In this document: one piece after another, positions 25,377 through 35,846 of the stretch | Position numbering within the stretch: position 1 is the first letter of the stretch | Layout: every line of letters begins with the position of its first letter | NCBI GenBank assembly: GCA_023334545.1 | Contig: JAADVB010000050.1 | Span: 28,018 to 92,017 of the forward strand | Source: Salisapilia sapeloensis CBS 127946 | Taxonomy: Eukaryota; Protista; Oomycota | Direction of reading: 5' to 3' | DNA: 64,000 bases | Notes under the pieces: model-generated | What the model was told of the DNA's origin: nothing | Databases searched by the model: none | The model's input: the letters and a program-made list of their open reading frames with translations, nothing else | Translations under genes and position numbers: made by a program

Positions 25377-27398
25377 ATGGAAGCAGGGTCTGGAGCGTCA
25401 ACGCATAGTAAAGCGTCCATGTCATTGTCTCAGTACTCTTGCGGCCCGAGCAAGTCGGCCATGGGCTCCATGCTCTTCTCCGGAGATGAAGACGATGAAC
25501 ATCGGCGGACGACGCATATGAGAAACCGCGATAGTGGTAGCAGTACGCCAGAGGCCGAGTCCTCGTACGTCATTGAAGGCCCGTGGGAGCAGCGAAACTT
25601 CCACTTCAAAAACGTCTTGCTCCACGTATGCTCCTTTATTCTTATTCTCGAGTTCAGTGAACGTGTCAGCTACTATGGCATCAACCAAGGTCTGAAGAAC
25701 TACATGGACCAACTCGGGTGGAGTCAAGTGGGTGCAAACGCGCTTAAGAGTACTTGGACATCGATATGCTACCTCTCTCCTCTCTTTGGAGGTTACGTAG
25801 CGGATGAAAAATGGGGTCGGTTTAAGACGCTGTGGGTGTTTGGCTTTTGGTATACTGCAGGTACATTTCTGCTCATGGTCTCTGCGTATCCAGCCGTAAG
25901 GGATCAAGAGATGCTCGCGAATCTCTTGTGTCACTTTGGTCTCTTTGGAGGTGTCGCCATCGGTACGGGTGCCATCAAAGCCAACGTCATTACGTTCGGT
26001 GCAGATCAATTCGACCCGAACGATCCGAATGAAGTGCATCAGAAGGAAAATTTTTTCAGCTATTTTTATATCGTCATCAACCTCGGCGCCATCTTCTCGT
26101 ACGGGTACTTGTCCGTACTATGTGTCGAAGGTTCTGGGCTGATTCCTCGTGACTATGGCTACTTTGCCAACTTTTGCATCTGCGGCGGGATCATGGTCTT
26201 TGCCTACGCGCTCTTCTTCTTCGGCTACCCTCGATACGTCCACTTTGAACCAGCCATGAGCACCGTATCGGAGCTCCTAGGTATCATTAGAGGCAATTGT
26301 GCCTACAGCTACGAAGCCCGGATGCTTTGCTACGGTCTAGGAGCTTTTGTCATCTCGTTCTTGTTTAATCTTGTCGCAGCGTTTCTTGCTGATACTTTGG
26401 CGGTTGGTCAGTACTTGTCCTACCTCGTGGTCATTTGCTGTCTCTTTGGTATGTACGTCTGGATCCGATATGGCATGACAACGGCGTATATGGATAAATC
26501 CAAGGCATCAAATGGTGGAAAGTACAATGACGAAGTGGTGGATGATATCAAGGACGTGATCTGCGTTCTCCCATTCGCGTCGTTCATGATCGTGTGGGAG
26601 TGTGCGTACGATCAACTCGACGCTAACTTCCAGTCAATTGCGCAGCAGTGTGACCTTCGGTTAGGAGCTGATAGTCCGACGGACGATACCGCCGTGCAGG
26701 TGCCAGGTGCCAGTCTCGGCATCTTCGATCCGCTGACAATCATCGTCCTCATTCCCATCCTGGATAGCATCATCTATCCTCTCTACCAGCGTCTTGTCGG
26801 ACGTCCGCCTAGTGCATACGGCAAAGTGCTGACTGGACTAGTCATTTCGTCCTTGACCATGTTCTGGGCGGGTGCGTTTGAAGTACTTCGGAGGAACACG
26901 GACGTATTGAAAGACGCGAATGGACAGCCGATTCAAGATCGAGGGTCTGGCGAGCCCATGAATGAAATGTACTGGGCAAACGCTGTGCCTATGTACGTCT
27001 TTGTGGCTGTCGCAGAGTGTCTGATCAACGTCCCTGCGTACGAACTCTTCTACACGTCTGTGCCAGTGTACCTCAAGAGTACTTGCCAAGCGATCAATTT
27101 GTTCATGGTTGCCATGGGGAGTAACTTGACGTCGACGTTTACGCTGTTGTTCCAAAATTTCATTCCACAAGATCTAAATGACGGCCATTTTGAGTACATG
27201 TACTACACGGTCGGTGCAATTGGTGTCGTGAATGCGATTGCTTTCGTGGCTGTGATGCACGCGATGGAGTTTGGTATGAACAAGGATCATGACGATGAAG
27301 AATTGGTGGAAAGCCCAGACTTGGATGCCCATGGCATGGACAGTGGGTACATTGACCGAAACGCCTCTTTTGAAAGCATTACGCTGTCACGAGGATAA
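25377..27398 (+). CDS. Proton-dependent oligopeptide transporter (POT/PTR2/NPF family)
   Basis: ExxER motif ILEFSERVSYYG, plus GTGAIKANVITFGADQF and FFSYFYIVINLG. About 12 TM segments. Confidence 0.95.
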   Translation: MEAGSGASTHSKASMSLSQYSCGPSKSAMGSMLFSGDEDDEHRRTTHMRNRDSGSSTPEAESSYVIEGPWEQRNFHFKNVLLHVCSFILILEFSERVSYYGINQGLKNYMDQLGWSQVGANALKSTWTSICYLSPLFGGYVADEKWGRFKTLWVFGFWYTAGTFLLMVSAYPAVRDQEMLANLLCHFGLFGGVAIGTGAIKANVITFGADQFDPNDPNEVHQKENFFSYFYIVINLGAIFSYGYLSVLCVEGSGLIPRDYGYFANFCICGGIMVFAYALFFFGYPRYVHFEPAMSTVSELLGIIRGNCAYSYEARMLCYGLGAFVISFLFNLVAAFLADTLAVGQYLSYLVVICCLFGMYVWIRYGMTTAYMDKSKASNGGKYNDEVVDDIKDVICVLPFASFMIVWECAYDQLDANFQSIAQQCDLRLGADSPTDDTAVQVPGASLGIFDPLTIIVLIPILDSIIYPLYQRLVGRPPSAYGKVLTGLVISSLTMFWAGAFEVLRRNTDVLKDANGQPIQDRGSGEPMNEMYWANAVPMYVFVAVAECLINVPAYELFYTSVPVYLKSTCQAINLFMVAMGSNLTSTFTLLFQNFIPQDLNDGHFEYMYYTVGAIGVVNAIAFVAVMHAMEFGMNKDHDDEELVESPDLDAHGMDSGYIDRNASFESITLSRG

Positions 27399-27801
27399 CG
27401 TCTTCCTCTTGGGAAGTTTGTTCTTACAACTGACTATGTCGTAGTTCGTAGCGAATTGTTCTAATAATTAAAAAAACGTTTGGGTTTTGTGTCTACATGC
27501 CTTGTTCATCTACTAGATATATCTTCATCTACGCTTAGAAAGATGTAGAGACAGAAGACAAGAGTAGGATTGGGAAGCTAAAGTATTAAATGGATTCGAA
27601 AGAAAGCACTGTTGAAAGGCAAAGGTCAAATATATCGTTCTTCTCTTCATCCAGTCGTGATAGGAAGCAAATAGTCGTTCGTCGTATTATACTACTCATC
27701 ATGGCGAAAGCACGTCCGTGTACGTGCTCAACTGTTTGCTACGAACTAGGTATCTATCGTCAAAGGCTTTTGACACACGACAGGATCCTACTGCCAACAT
27801 A

Positions 27802-29877
27802 TCATCTGCGTCCACGCATACTTGGACCAGGCCCGCGGCCTCGACCGTCGAACTGGTTCATCGGAGTAGGAAATGGACCATTAAACGGCATCGGACCACG
27901 AGAGTTATATTCATTTCCAACTTCATGCGCGTACTGGCACGCGTTGCCATGTTTACAGCCATGTGGTGTATTGAAAAACATGCAAGGAGCAGCACCTCGG
28001 TGTTGCGTCCGTTTCGCAGGAGGACCGTCCGGGAAAAGTCCAGGCTGTGCTTTGCGTTTCGCAGGCGGGTTAAACGCTCGAGGAGGAGGAGGCGGACCTC
28101 CAGGGACAGTGTACCCGTGCGGAGGACCGTTTACAAAGCCGTAGCCCTGAGGATGGGGTGGCTGACGAGGTGGAAAGCCACCGGGAGGACCATGAAACGC
28201 ATGAGGTGGAGGAGGATATTGAGGATACATTGGCTGCTGTTGCCGACGGTGCTGGTCAACAATTTCCAAAACACGACTGTCGGGAATATAATTCCCATTC
28301 CGCTCTGCCTCGCTGTACACTTGCGGCAGCACTTGTTCATTGTCCATAAGCGCAGCCAGTGTCGACTGCTGTAGAGGTCCAAGCGCATCCCGCAACGCTC
28401 GCTCTTCAGCTGTTTCAGCCGGGAGATTGTCGGTAGTAGACGCAGGCTGTGGTACATGTTTATAAGTATTTATCATCGTACAATTCGGAGGGAATAGACT
28501 TACGTCAAAGAGAGGAATTTCGACAGGAGGATCTTGAGGCGGGTAGCTCTTAGGTTTCCACTCCTTCGGATTATCCGGCGGCACTTCTCCGTCAAGGACA
28601 AGGAACTCCATCTCGCGTCGAGTTCGCTGGTCTTGTGCGTCCACTTCCGCAGTCTTGATCGGCCCACGACGTTCCTCTAGCTCGGACGGTAGCTTCATGA
28701 TTGCTGGTTCGCTCCATTCATGCACTTCCTTAAGAGAAAACCTCTCGCGTTCTTTATGAGATTTGATCGCGTTGCGTTCATCTGCATGTTCCCGAAGCTT
28801 TGCATCCCGGAAGCTTTCATCCATCTGAGACTCGTTCACGAGATCTCTCCAGGACTCAATCAAACGGACTTGTACAAGTTCCTTGCCATTATCATCTGCC
28901 CATCGAATCTTTTTCGAAGAAGTCGACTTGGAGGTTTTATTCACAGCAGCATTAAAGCTCTCGATCGTCGGCAATTGGACTGGCGCAGGCTCCTCAATTG
29001 CAGGCTTGGCAGTCGTAGACTGCTCTGTAGTGCCTTCTGCTTCACTAGTCTTTGCTTTCTCCTTTCCAGAGCTACTGGATGTTTTAGATGACTTGGATGT
29101 CCGCCGTTGCATCAAGTTACCAAGCAGATCAGAAGACTTGGCTGATTTGTTGCTAGACTTCTTCTTAGGTGTGTCCTTCGGAGAGCTTTCACCTTGTCGA
29201 GGGGAAGCAGCTCCAGTGGCAGCAGACTTGGCAGCCTCCACCTTGCTCTTCTTTTCTTTTTCCGTAAACTTGCTTCGCCAGAACTTGAGCAACTCTTGTG
29301 CCGAACGCTTGACGCGTTCGTTCTTGGCTGTCTTCCGTAGCTGGACGATGGGCTCGTTTATCTTGGCTTCTGTAATACTGGTGAGGCGAAGAGGTAGGCT
29401 CTTTAAGACGGACAGCAAGAGCAGAATCAGGTCTGTATAGCTCCATTCGACTGCATGGTCTAACCATACTTTCGCGAGCTTAAGCCCTCCACGCTGTTCA
29501 AAGGCACGAGTACAAGCTTTGGCTACTTTACTCGAACTAGAAGTTGTGGTGGCTCGAAGTACAACGAGAATGAGAGCTTGTTCTGGTTCTTGCTTGGCAC
29601 TTTCCAATGCATCGATGAACTTGACGACGTTCTGGAGCGTGTCGATTCGAAACTCGGCGTCAATCAAGGGAAGTAAAGAAGCTTCCGTTGCATTCATAGG
29701 TCGACTGGGATCACGATTGGGACAATGGATCGCATTGTATAGTGCTTTAGGCGTATATTCGCTTGTACTGGAAGAGCCGTTGCTTGATACAGAAGGCTTC
29801 CTAGTGGAAGTGTCAGGACTTGGAGATTGTATACACTGGGGCGTGTCCATGGGCACTGGTGTTGGATCAGCGTTCAT
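27802..29877 (-). CDS. PNUTS/PPP1R10-like protein (TFIIS N-terminal domain, PP1-binding RVxF motif, CCCH zinc finger)
   Basis: TND-like segment LLLSVLKSLPL...ITEAKINEPIVQLRK...AQELLKFW. RVxF-type KKIRW. Proline-rich region. C-x8-C-x5-C-x3-H finger (CMFFNTPHGCKHGNACQYAH). RG-rich tail. Confidence 0.78.
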   Translation of the reverse strand: MNADPTPVPMDTPQCIQSPSPDTSTRKPSVSSNGSSSTSEYTPKALYNAIHCPNRDPSRPMNATEASLLPLIDAEFRIDTLQNVVKFIDALESAKQEPEQALILVVLRATTTSSSSKVAKACTRAFEQRGGLKLAKVWLDHAVEWSYTDLILLLLSVLKSLPLRLTSITEAKINEPIVQLRKTAKNERVKRSAQELLKFWRSKFTEKEKKSKVEAAKSAATGAASPRQGESSPKDTPKKKSSNKSAKSSDLLGNLMQRRTSKSSKTSSSSGKEKAKTSEAEGTTEQSTTAKPAIEEPAPVQLPTIESFNAAVNKTSKSTSSKKIRWADDNGKELVQVRLIESWRDLVNESQMDESFRDAKLREHADERNAIKSHKERERFSLKEVHEWSEPAIMKLPSELEERRGPIKTAEVDAQDQRTRREMEFLVLDGEVPPDNPKEWKPKSYPPQDPPVEIPLFDVSLFPPNCTMINTYKHVPQPASTTDNLPAETAEERALRDALGPLQQSTLAALMDNEQVLPQVYSEAERNGNYIPDSRVLEIVDQHRRQQQPMYPQYPPPPHAFHGPPGGFPPRQPPHPQGYGFVNGPPHGYTVPGGPPPPPRAFNPPAKRKAQPGLFPDGPPAKRTQHRGAAPCMFFNTPHGCKHGNACQYAHEVGNEYNSRGPMPFNGPFPTPMNQFDGRGRGPGPSMRGRR

Positions 29878-30784
29878 GACGGGTACTCTATCGACTAGGG
29901 ATTTCATTAGTGATCTCCTTTACTTGGAGGTACGGTGGTGTAGGAAGGAGATAAAATCAGGTATGGTAACCGCACTCCAGTATGACAAGACTTTTGTATG
30001 TACCTCGATAAACGCAGCGAAGGGCACTCACTTAGGTCTATAAGAGCTGAGGTTCACGTAAAGTAGTTGGACCGTGAAGGATAGAACGATAAAACGCGTG
30101 AAGGCGAAGAAACGTGTCGAGATGGATCTGGAGCTCCGTTCGCAGGCACGTCTATCAGTCGCCTCTTCTATCACGAAGACCCGTTCGATCAACTCGGGAG
30201 TTGGAAAGCCAACAAGGATAGGGGGTTGTCTTTACTCCGCGCAATGTGTACGCTAGAGGGCCAAAGACAAAGAAGACGACGTAGTTTTTGTACTAGTCTC
30301 CTACCTACTCTCTTTTTTGCTTTGTATGAAAGGCTTGAAAATGAAACAAAGGGAGGGGGTAGCACTGCCGAATTTGTTAACTACTACAGGGCAAGTACTC
30401 TCTTCAAACGAGGGCAGACAGACAGAGCTACGAGACGCTCTTCCGTCGTGAAGAATTGGTTCCGATTCTGAACGGCGGAGGTTTTAACACTTTCGGAAGA
30501 CCTTCGAGAAACCTTTTTATAGTTTATCCGCAATGATGTCTTTATTACAGGATGTTTCGAAATAATAAGAAAACAGAATGGAAATGAACCACGAAGTGTC
30601 TTTCTAGCTCCTTGTGTGTGCTCTAGATATTATTTTCAGACTAGTATATGGTATGTGATACTGCGTAGACTTGTTTCTTTAAATAGTGAAACTTTTGTGG
30701 GCTTGAATTGCAGTGATGGATGGATACGACCACTCCGATTGTAGAATGTATTTAGTTTCTACTTGAACGTTCATTTTACGTTGT

Positions 30785-31011
30785 CATGTCTGCTTGATGC
30801 GATCCTTGCACTTACGATAGCACCATGCAACCAATGGGCATGCGTTCCGCCCTCGCTATCAGCCTATGATTTCCTCCAGACTTTCGTACTCCACAGACTC
30901 TCGTCCAGCAGGATCCAATGGCATAGGTTTGCTGATGGCTTTCCACTGGATCCAGTCCCCTCCATCGGATCCATGCAATTGTCATGACGGTCGCGCCATG
31001 GTCCAGACATG
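30785..31011 (-). ncRNA. Candidate structured RNA of unknown class
   Basis: 8-bp terminal inverted repeat, with internal 11-, 7- and 6-bp stems and GNRA-capped hairpins. Mismatches resolve as G-U pairs only on the minus strand. TATAAA about 27 nt upstream. No family motif recognised. Confidence 0.35.
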
Positions 31012-31218
31012 TCGGTCACGTCAGTCGTACTCGTCGGTTTATAGATGAATATATACAACAAGGCAATGAATGAGTTGTCCAGTGGCAGCCTACTGTATTA
31101 TTTCCCTTTTACGTTGCCTGAATGCCTATCCGAAAGAAGAAACAGCATTGCCCCAAGAGAAGACTCGGAGCACCGATAGATGGACCGAAAGCCTCCTCTC
31201 GCTAGCACGACCTCCAAT

Positions 31219-31439
31219 TTACCGGTACTATATCAAGCATCAATAAGCTGCTCAAACACATATAACGTTCACGAGAAAAGTACCTTGACGAAGCCAATGT
31301 CCGTAGCACGCTCACGGAAGCAACGACGGCACATGTTGAGGTGGTACTTGCGGATGAGACCGCGGGTCGTGTGGCAGACACGGCAGTGACGCGAGTCCTT
31401 GCCGTAGTTGCGCGGGTGCGTGTAGTGGAGGTTGGTCAT
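31219..31439 (-). CDS. RPS29: 40S ribosomal protein S29 (uS14), 54 aa, absent from the ORF track
   Basis: Exons 31439-31284 and 31227-31219 give [52 protein letters not shown]|YR*. Intron at 31228-31283. A 5'UTR intron (31440-31501) ends directly before the ATG. Confidence 0.96.
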
Positions 31440-31745
31440 CTACAAAGCACATATCGTCAATACATTCCTCCATCTCGCCATCACGAGCTCATGCGCCGTA
31501 CCTTGTTGTTCGGGCTAGCTTGGACTTTTGGTGGTTGCAGCGCTTTTGCCTCCACCCGTGCTAATTCTACGGGACAATCACCTTTTCTATCTAAATCACT
31601 ACGTCTATTGGTTTAAAATACAATTTGTTATTATTTTATTCGCTAAAATATAGATGCAATACTTAAATCAAGTTCTCAGAATTTTACATGTAATTGGAAA
31701 AGCACCAACTTCGATCCAAAACACGAGACTCAGACGCACGTGGCG

Positions 31746-34400
31746 ATGGCTCGGTCCAAGAAGCGTGTAACTGAAGCTTCCGGTGAGTCTTCACCGGGGA
31801 AAAATACAGAGCCGATTGCGACGGAGAAAGTCGACCCGAATGCAACGGCTAAAGTGTTTGGCGTGCCATTGGATGCTGAGCATGACGTCGAGGATGAATC
31901 GAACGCCCTCGCACCCGTCGCAAAGTATGCGATCTTAGGCATGATTTGCCTCATGTCCTTTGCCATTCGGCTTTTTGCTGTCGTACGATATGAGTCCGTG
32001 ATCCACGAGTTCGATCCGTACTTTAATTATCGTACGACCAAGTACCTCGCAGCCGAAGGATTCCTCGAGTTCCTCGACTGGTTCGATGATCGAGCATGGT
32101 ACCCGCTCGGCCGTATCATTGGAGGAACGATTTACCCTGGACTCATGTACACGGCTGCAATGGTCTACTGGCTATTGAATTTGCTCAATATCTCCATCAA
32201 CGTCCGAAACACGTGTGTCTTCCTCGCTCCTGTCTTTGCTGCGATCACAGCCATCGCGAGCTACTTGCTCACAAAGGAAGTCACCCGTCGCTCAAGCGCT
32301 GGATTGATGGCAGCAGCATTCGCTGGTATCGTTCCGTCGTACATTTCTCGCTCCGTCGGCGGGTCGTACGATAATGAGGGCGTTGCCATCTTTGCCTTGT
32401 TGTTCACTTTCTATCTCTGGGTGAAAGCTGTCCACACTGGATCCATGTTCTGGTCTGCTAGCTGTGCTCTATCGTACTTTTACATGGTTGCTGCCTGGGG
32501 TGGATACGTGTTCATTATCAACATGGTACCCATCTACGTCCTCGTCATGATCGTCGCTGGACGCTACTCGCCTCGTCTGTACATTGCTTACTCCACTTTC
32601 TATGCTTTGGGTAGTTTGTTAGCGATGCAGGTGCCTTTCGTCGGTTTCAACGTCATCAAACAAGCCGAGTGTGCTGGCTCCCACGGCGTTTTCGTCTTGC
32701 TCCAAGTCTACTGCTTCGTGAACTGGATTCGCCAGTACATCTCCGCTGCGTCCTTCCGACGTCTCGTACTCTTCGGAGCAGCGCTCGTGGTTGCAAGCGT
32801 CGGTGGTGCTCTTGTCGTGCTGCAATTGATGGGCAAAGTGCAATGGACTGGACGATCGCTGACATTGTTGGACCCGACGTACGCGTCCAAGTACATTCCG
32901 ATCATTGCGTCGGTGAGTGAACACCAACCGACGACGTGGACTTCATACTTTTTCGATCTACATGTGCTCGTACCGTTTGCTCCTGTTGGTCTCTACTTCC
33001 TCTTTACGAATCTTACGGACGGAGGTATCTTCCTCATCCTGTACGGAACGGTCGCATGGTACTTTGCCGGTGTCATGGTGCGTCTCATGCTCGTACTCGC
33101 TCCGATTGCCTGTATCCTCGGAGCTGTGGGTATCTCCACGACCTTGCGTACGTTCATGGGTATCCTACGTCGCCCATCTGGCTATGTGATTCAAAAGAAT
33201 GCTGCACAAGATGTTCCAATGCCTATTGTCCTATCGGTCGTGGGAGGCATGCTCCTCATGATGCTCAGCTACACGTTCCACGCGTCGCAAGTGTCTTCCA
33301 TGGCGTACTCTTCTCCTTCCATCGTCATCGAAGCCGGACGTACTCGCTCTGGGGAACGTGTCATGTTCGATGACTATCGTGAAGCATACTTCTGGCTGCG
33401 TCAGAACACAGACGCTGATGCCAAGATCATGTCCTGGTGGGATTACGGATACCAAATGTCTGCCATGGCCAACCGAACGGTCATTGTCGACAACAACACG
33501 TGGAACAATACGCACATTGCGACGGTCGGAAGAGCCTTGGCCTCTACTGAAGAGGAAGCGTATCCAATCATGCAGAGTCTCGACGTCGACTACGTCCTTG
33601 TGATCTTTGGTGGTCTCACTGGCTATAGTTCAGATGACATCAACAAGTTCCTCTGGCCTGTACGCATCGGCTCTGGTGTCTACCCAGACGACATGCCGAA
33701 GGAGCAGGACTACTTTTCTTCCTCTGGCAACTTTGACATTGGTGTCGGTGGCTCCAAGACACTGCACAACTGTCTCGCGTACAAGCTGTGCTTCTACCGC
33801 TTTGGAGAGGTCATGACGGACTATCAGCATCCGCCAGGCTACGACCGTGCGCGTAATACCGAGGTGGGTGTCAAGGACATTAAGCTCACGCACTTGGAAG
33901 AAGCGTTCACGTCGGAGCATTGGATCGTCCGAATCTTCAAGGTGAAGAAGCCCTCGAACGTCGAACCGATGAAGCCTGTGAAGGAAGCACGTGTGCGTGA
34001 AGGATTGTCGAATCCGGAAGATATCACGTCTGAGAAGACGACCTTCCTCGGATGTGTCACGGGAGAAGACTTGCTTGGCAATGACCGAGTGTACTCTGGT
34101 GGTCCGAGCGGTGCGAACTACCAAATGGCGTTGCATCATGCGAAGGCGAAGGACAAGCGCTACTTTGCTCTGTCCCGAGTCGGTGGAGAAGGACATGCGT
34201 TTGCCTTTGACAAGCTCCCGGTGAGCTCCCAGGCGTTTGATGGAAACGATGCCGGGTGCACGCGAGCGTGTAAGGATGATAAAGACAAGGCGTGTGGATG
34301 TGCAGACTTGGGATGCGAAGACGTTGGTGTGAAGCCTGGTGAAGGACAGGAGCACAACCGTCGTTGGGCCATCTACGAACGGGACGCAGCGAGTGACTAG
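31746..34400 (+). CDS. STT3: Oligosaccharyltransferase catalytic subunit STT3 with a C-terminal Cys-rich extension
   Basis: Motifs ESVIHEFDPYFNYR, YDNEGVAIF, SVSEHQP, WWDYG, DNNT and DINK. Intronless. About 120 extra aa after the usual end. Confidence 0.97.
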   Translation: MARSKKRVTEASGESSPGKNTEPIATEKVDPNATAKVFGVPLDAEHDVEDESNALAPVAKYAILGMICLMSFAIRLFAVVRYESVIHEFDPYFNYRTTKYLAAEGFLEFLDWFDDRAWYPLGRIIGGTIYPGLMYTAAMVYWLLNLLNISINVRNTCVFLAPVFAAITAIASYLLTKEVTRRSSAGLMAAAFAGIVPSYISRSVGGSYDNEGVAIFALLFTFYLWVKAVHTGSMFWSASCALSYFYMVAAWGGYVFIINMVPIYVLVMIVAGRYSPRLYIAYSTFYALGSLLAMQVPFVGFNVIKQAECAGSHGVFVLLQVYCFVNWIRQYISAASFRRLVLFGAALVVASVGGALVVLQLMGKVQWTGRSLTLLDPTYASKYIPIIASVSEHQPTTWTSYFFDLHVLVPFAPVGLYFLFTNLTDGGIFLILYGTVAWYFAGVMVRLMLVLAPIACILGAVGISTTLRTFMGILRRPSGYVIQKNAAQDVPMPIVLSVVGGMLLMMLSYTFHASQVSSMAYSSPSIVIEAGRTRSGERVMFDDYREAYFWLRQNTDADAKIMSWWDYGYQMSAMANRTVIVDNNTWNNTHIATVGRALASTEEEAYPIMQSLDVDYVLVIFGGLTGYSSDDINKFLWPVRIGSGVYPDDMPKEQDYFSSSGNFDIGVGGSKTLHNCLAYKLCFYRFGEVMTDYQHPPGYDRARNTEVGVKDIKLTHLEEAFTSEHWIVRIFKVKKPSNVEPMKPVKEARVREGLSNPEDITSEKTTFLGCVTGEDLLGNDRVYSGGPSGANYQMALHHAKAKDKRYFALSRVGGEGHAFAFDKLPVSSQAFDGNDAGCTRACKDDKDKACGCADLGCEDVGVKPGEGQEHNRRWAIYERDAASD

Positions 34401-34530
34401 ATCCGCATGGACTGTGACAGACTTGTAGGATAGCACTATGAGTTTCGCCTTTTACGTCTCGAATATTTTTCTTTGATGCTGCAATCGAAAGCGTTTTGTT
34501 TTCCTGGAGGTTTCAGTTGCTTGTTAGGTG

Positions 34531-35841
34531 ATGGGCGTAGTCCTTAGCACAGGAGGAGAGCAAGCTCAACTCTTTCGATGTTGCGTATGGAAGCTCTGCT
34601 GTAATTGTTCATGTATCTTGTCTGACGTTGTACAGGTCGTTTATACGTACTATGGAGACTTGGATTGCTTGAAAGAAGCGTTTCATCCGGTCTTGAATAC
34701 TTTGCAGGTACAGAGTTTCTCAATCTGGCAATAAATGGCGTAACCTAGGTATTAGATTTCTCGAGCTACGTATATTGATTTATGCGAGAGTGAGATCACG
34801 AAGATTGATGCTATCGATGATTTGTACGAGCGTGAAAGGAAGGAGAGCGCTTTGCTAGATGAAAAACAGGAATTTTTCTCGGCTGTAGAGAATGGAGACA
34901 TTGTTCTGGGAGATACATTGCTTCACGTTGCGGCTCGAAGAGGCCATGAACATGTCGTTGATTATTTGCTTACGAGGGACGATTCAGTCTACCGCAAAGA
35001 TACTATGGCTGCGAAAGGCTCTCGGGTAGCAGCAGTGCCTCATCCATCGCTTACGACAGCTCAGGTACTGAATCTAGATGGCGAGTTACCCATTGATGTT
35101 GCTGCGACTGCAGCTATACAGCTAATGCTTCAACACGTCAAAGACGTTCAAAACGTCTTGAGCTTGGATGCATGTGAAGAAGCCAAAGTCCATCGTCTTC
35201 TCCGAGCACTACGTCGAATATGGCCGTTCTGGATGGTAGATGGCCAGCCTGAAGTAGCTGCAATCGTTCGTGTACTCTACGCTGCTCGTCCATCCGATCC
35301 TATATTCGCCAAGCTCACGACGGTTGTCCAGAAAGCGACATCTAGTATCCGTCGAGCGATATCTGGAGATGGCATTCTTATCATGGCCACGTTTCTACGA
35401 GATTACCAGAACGATCTTCACGCAGTTCGGAATGAGCTATCAGATCCTTCCAAATGGTCAGGAAAGCAGCTAGAACACCTCTGCCATCGACTCTTTCAGC
35501 GCTGGTTGCCACATGAAGGAGAGGAACGCGACATGAATGGATATTATGAAGAATTTATCTCATCAGCCATGAACGCATGGCTGCAACTGCTATACGACAT
35601 GCGAGCACAGGCATCCCCAGGGACTATCCTAAAGAACTCAAACCTACCAGGAGCCTGCACGTATGAAGACATACTAGACGAGGATAACATCCAATGCATG
35701 ATTGAACATCAAACGGTCGATCGCTACAGTGGACAGATATGGGAAAGGAGACTACATCCTCCACCGACGGCGGTAGATGAAATCTGCAGCTCTATTCGCG
35801 CATTAGAAAGTCATCTACACCTGTCTAATCTCGTCGTCTAA
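34531..35841 (+). CDS. Ankyrin-repeat-containing protein
   Basis: Two short 5' exons (MGVVLSTGG...) splice onto ORF 34822-35841. Ankyrin motifs GDTLLHVAARRGHEHVVDYLL and NLDGELPIDVA. Confidence 0.75.
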
Positions 35842-35846
35842 CATGT

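Noticed and set aside
30810-30816. ACTTACG resembling the U1 snRNA 5' end
   Set aside because: The U1-70K loop (GAUCACGAAG), the U1A loop (AUUGCAC) and an Sm site are all missing, and the G-U asymmetry favours the opposite strand.
30860-30950. RNase P/MRP, SRP or telomerase RNA identity for the structured element
   Set aside because: GAGAGUCUG and GAAAGUCUG resemble CR-I, but the distance to CAGAC is only ~85-100 nt and CR-V does not fit. There is no GGGGCU P4 strand, no CAGG-GNRA-AGCA helix 8, and no 1.5-repeat telomere template.
30855-31000. Selenoprotein reading of the minus strand (MARPS-UGA-...EEIIG-UGA-UAG)
   Set aside because: No SECIS-like AUGA/AA/GA arrangement was found downstream, and there is no similarity to known selenoprotein redox motifs.
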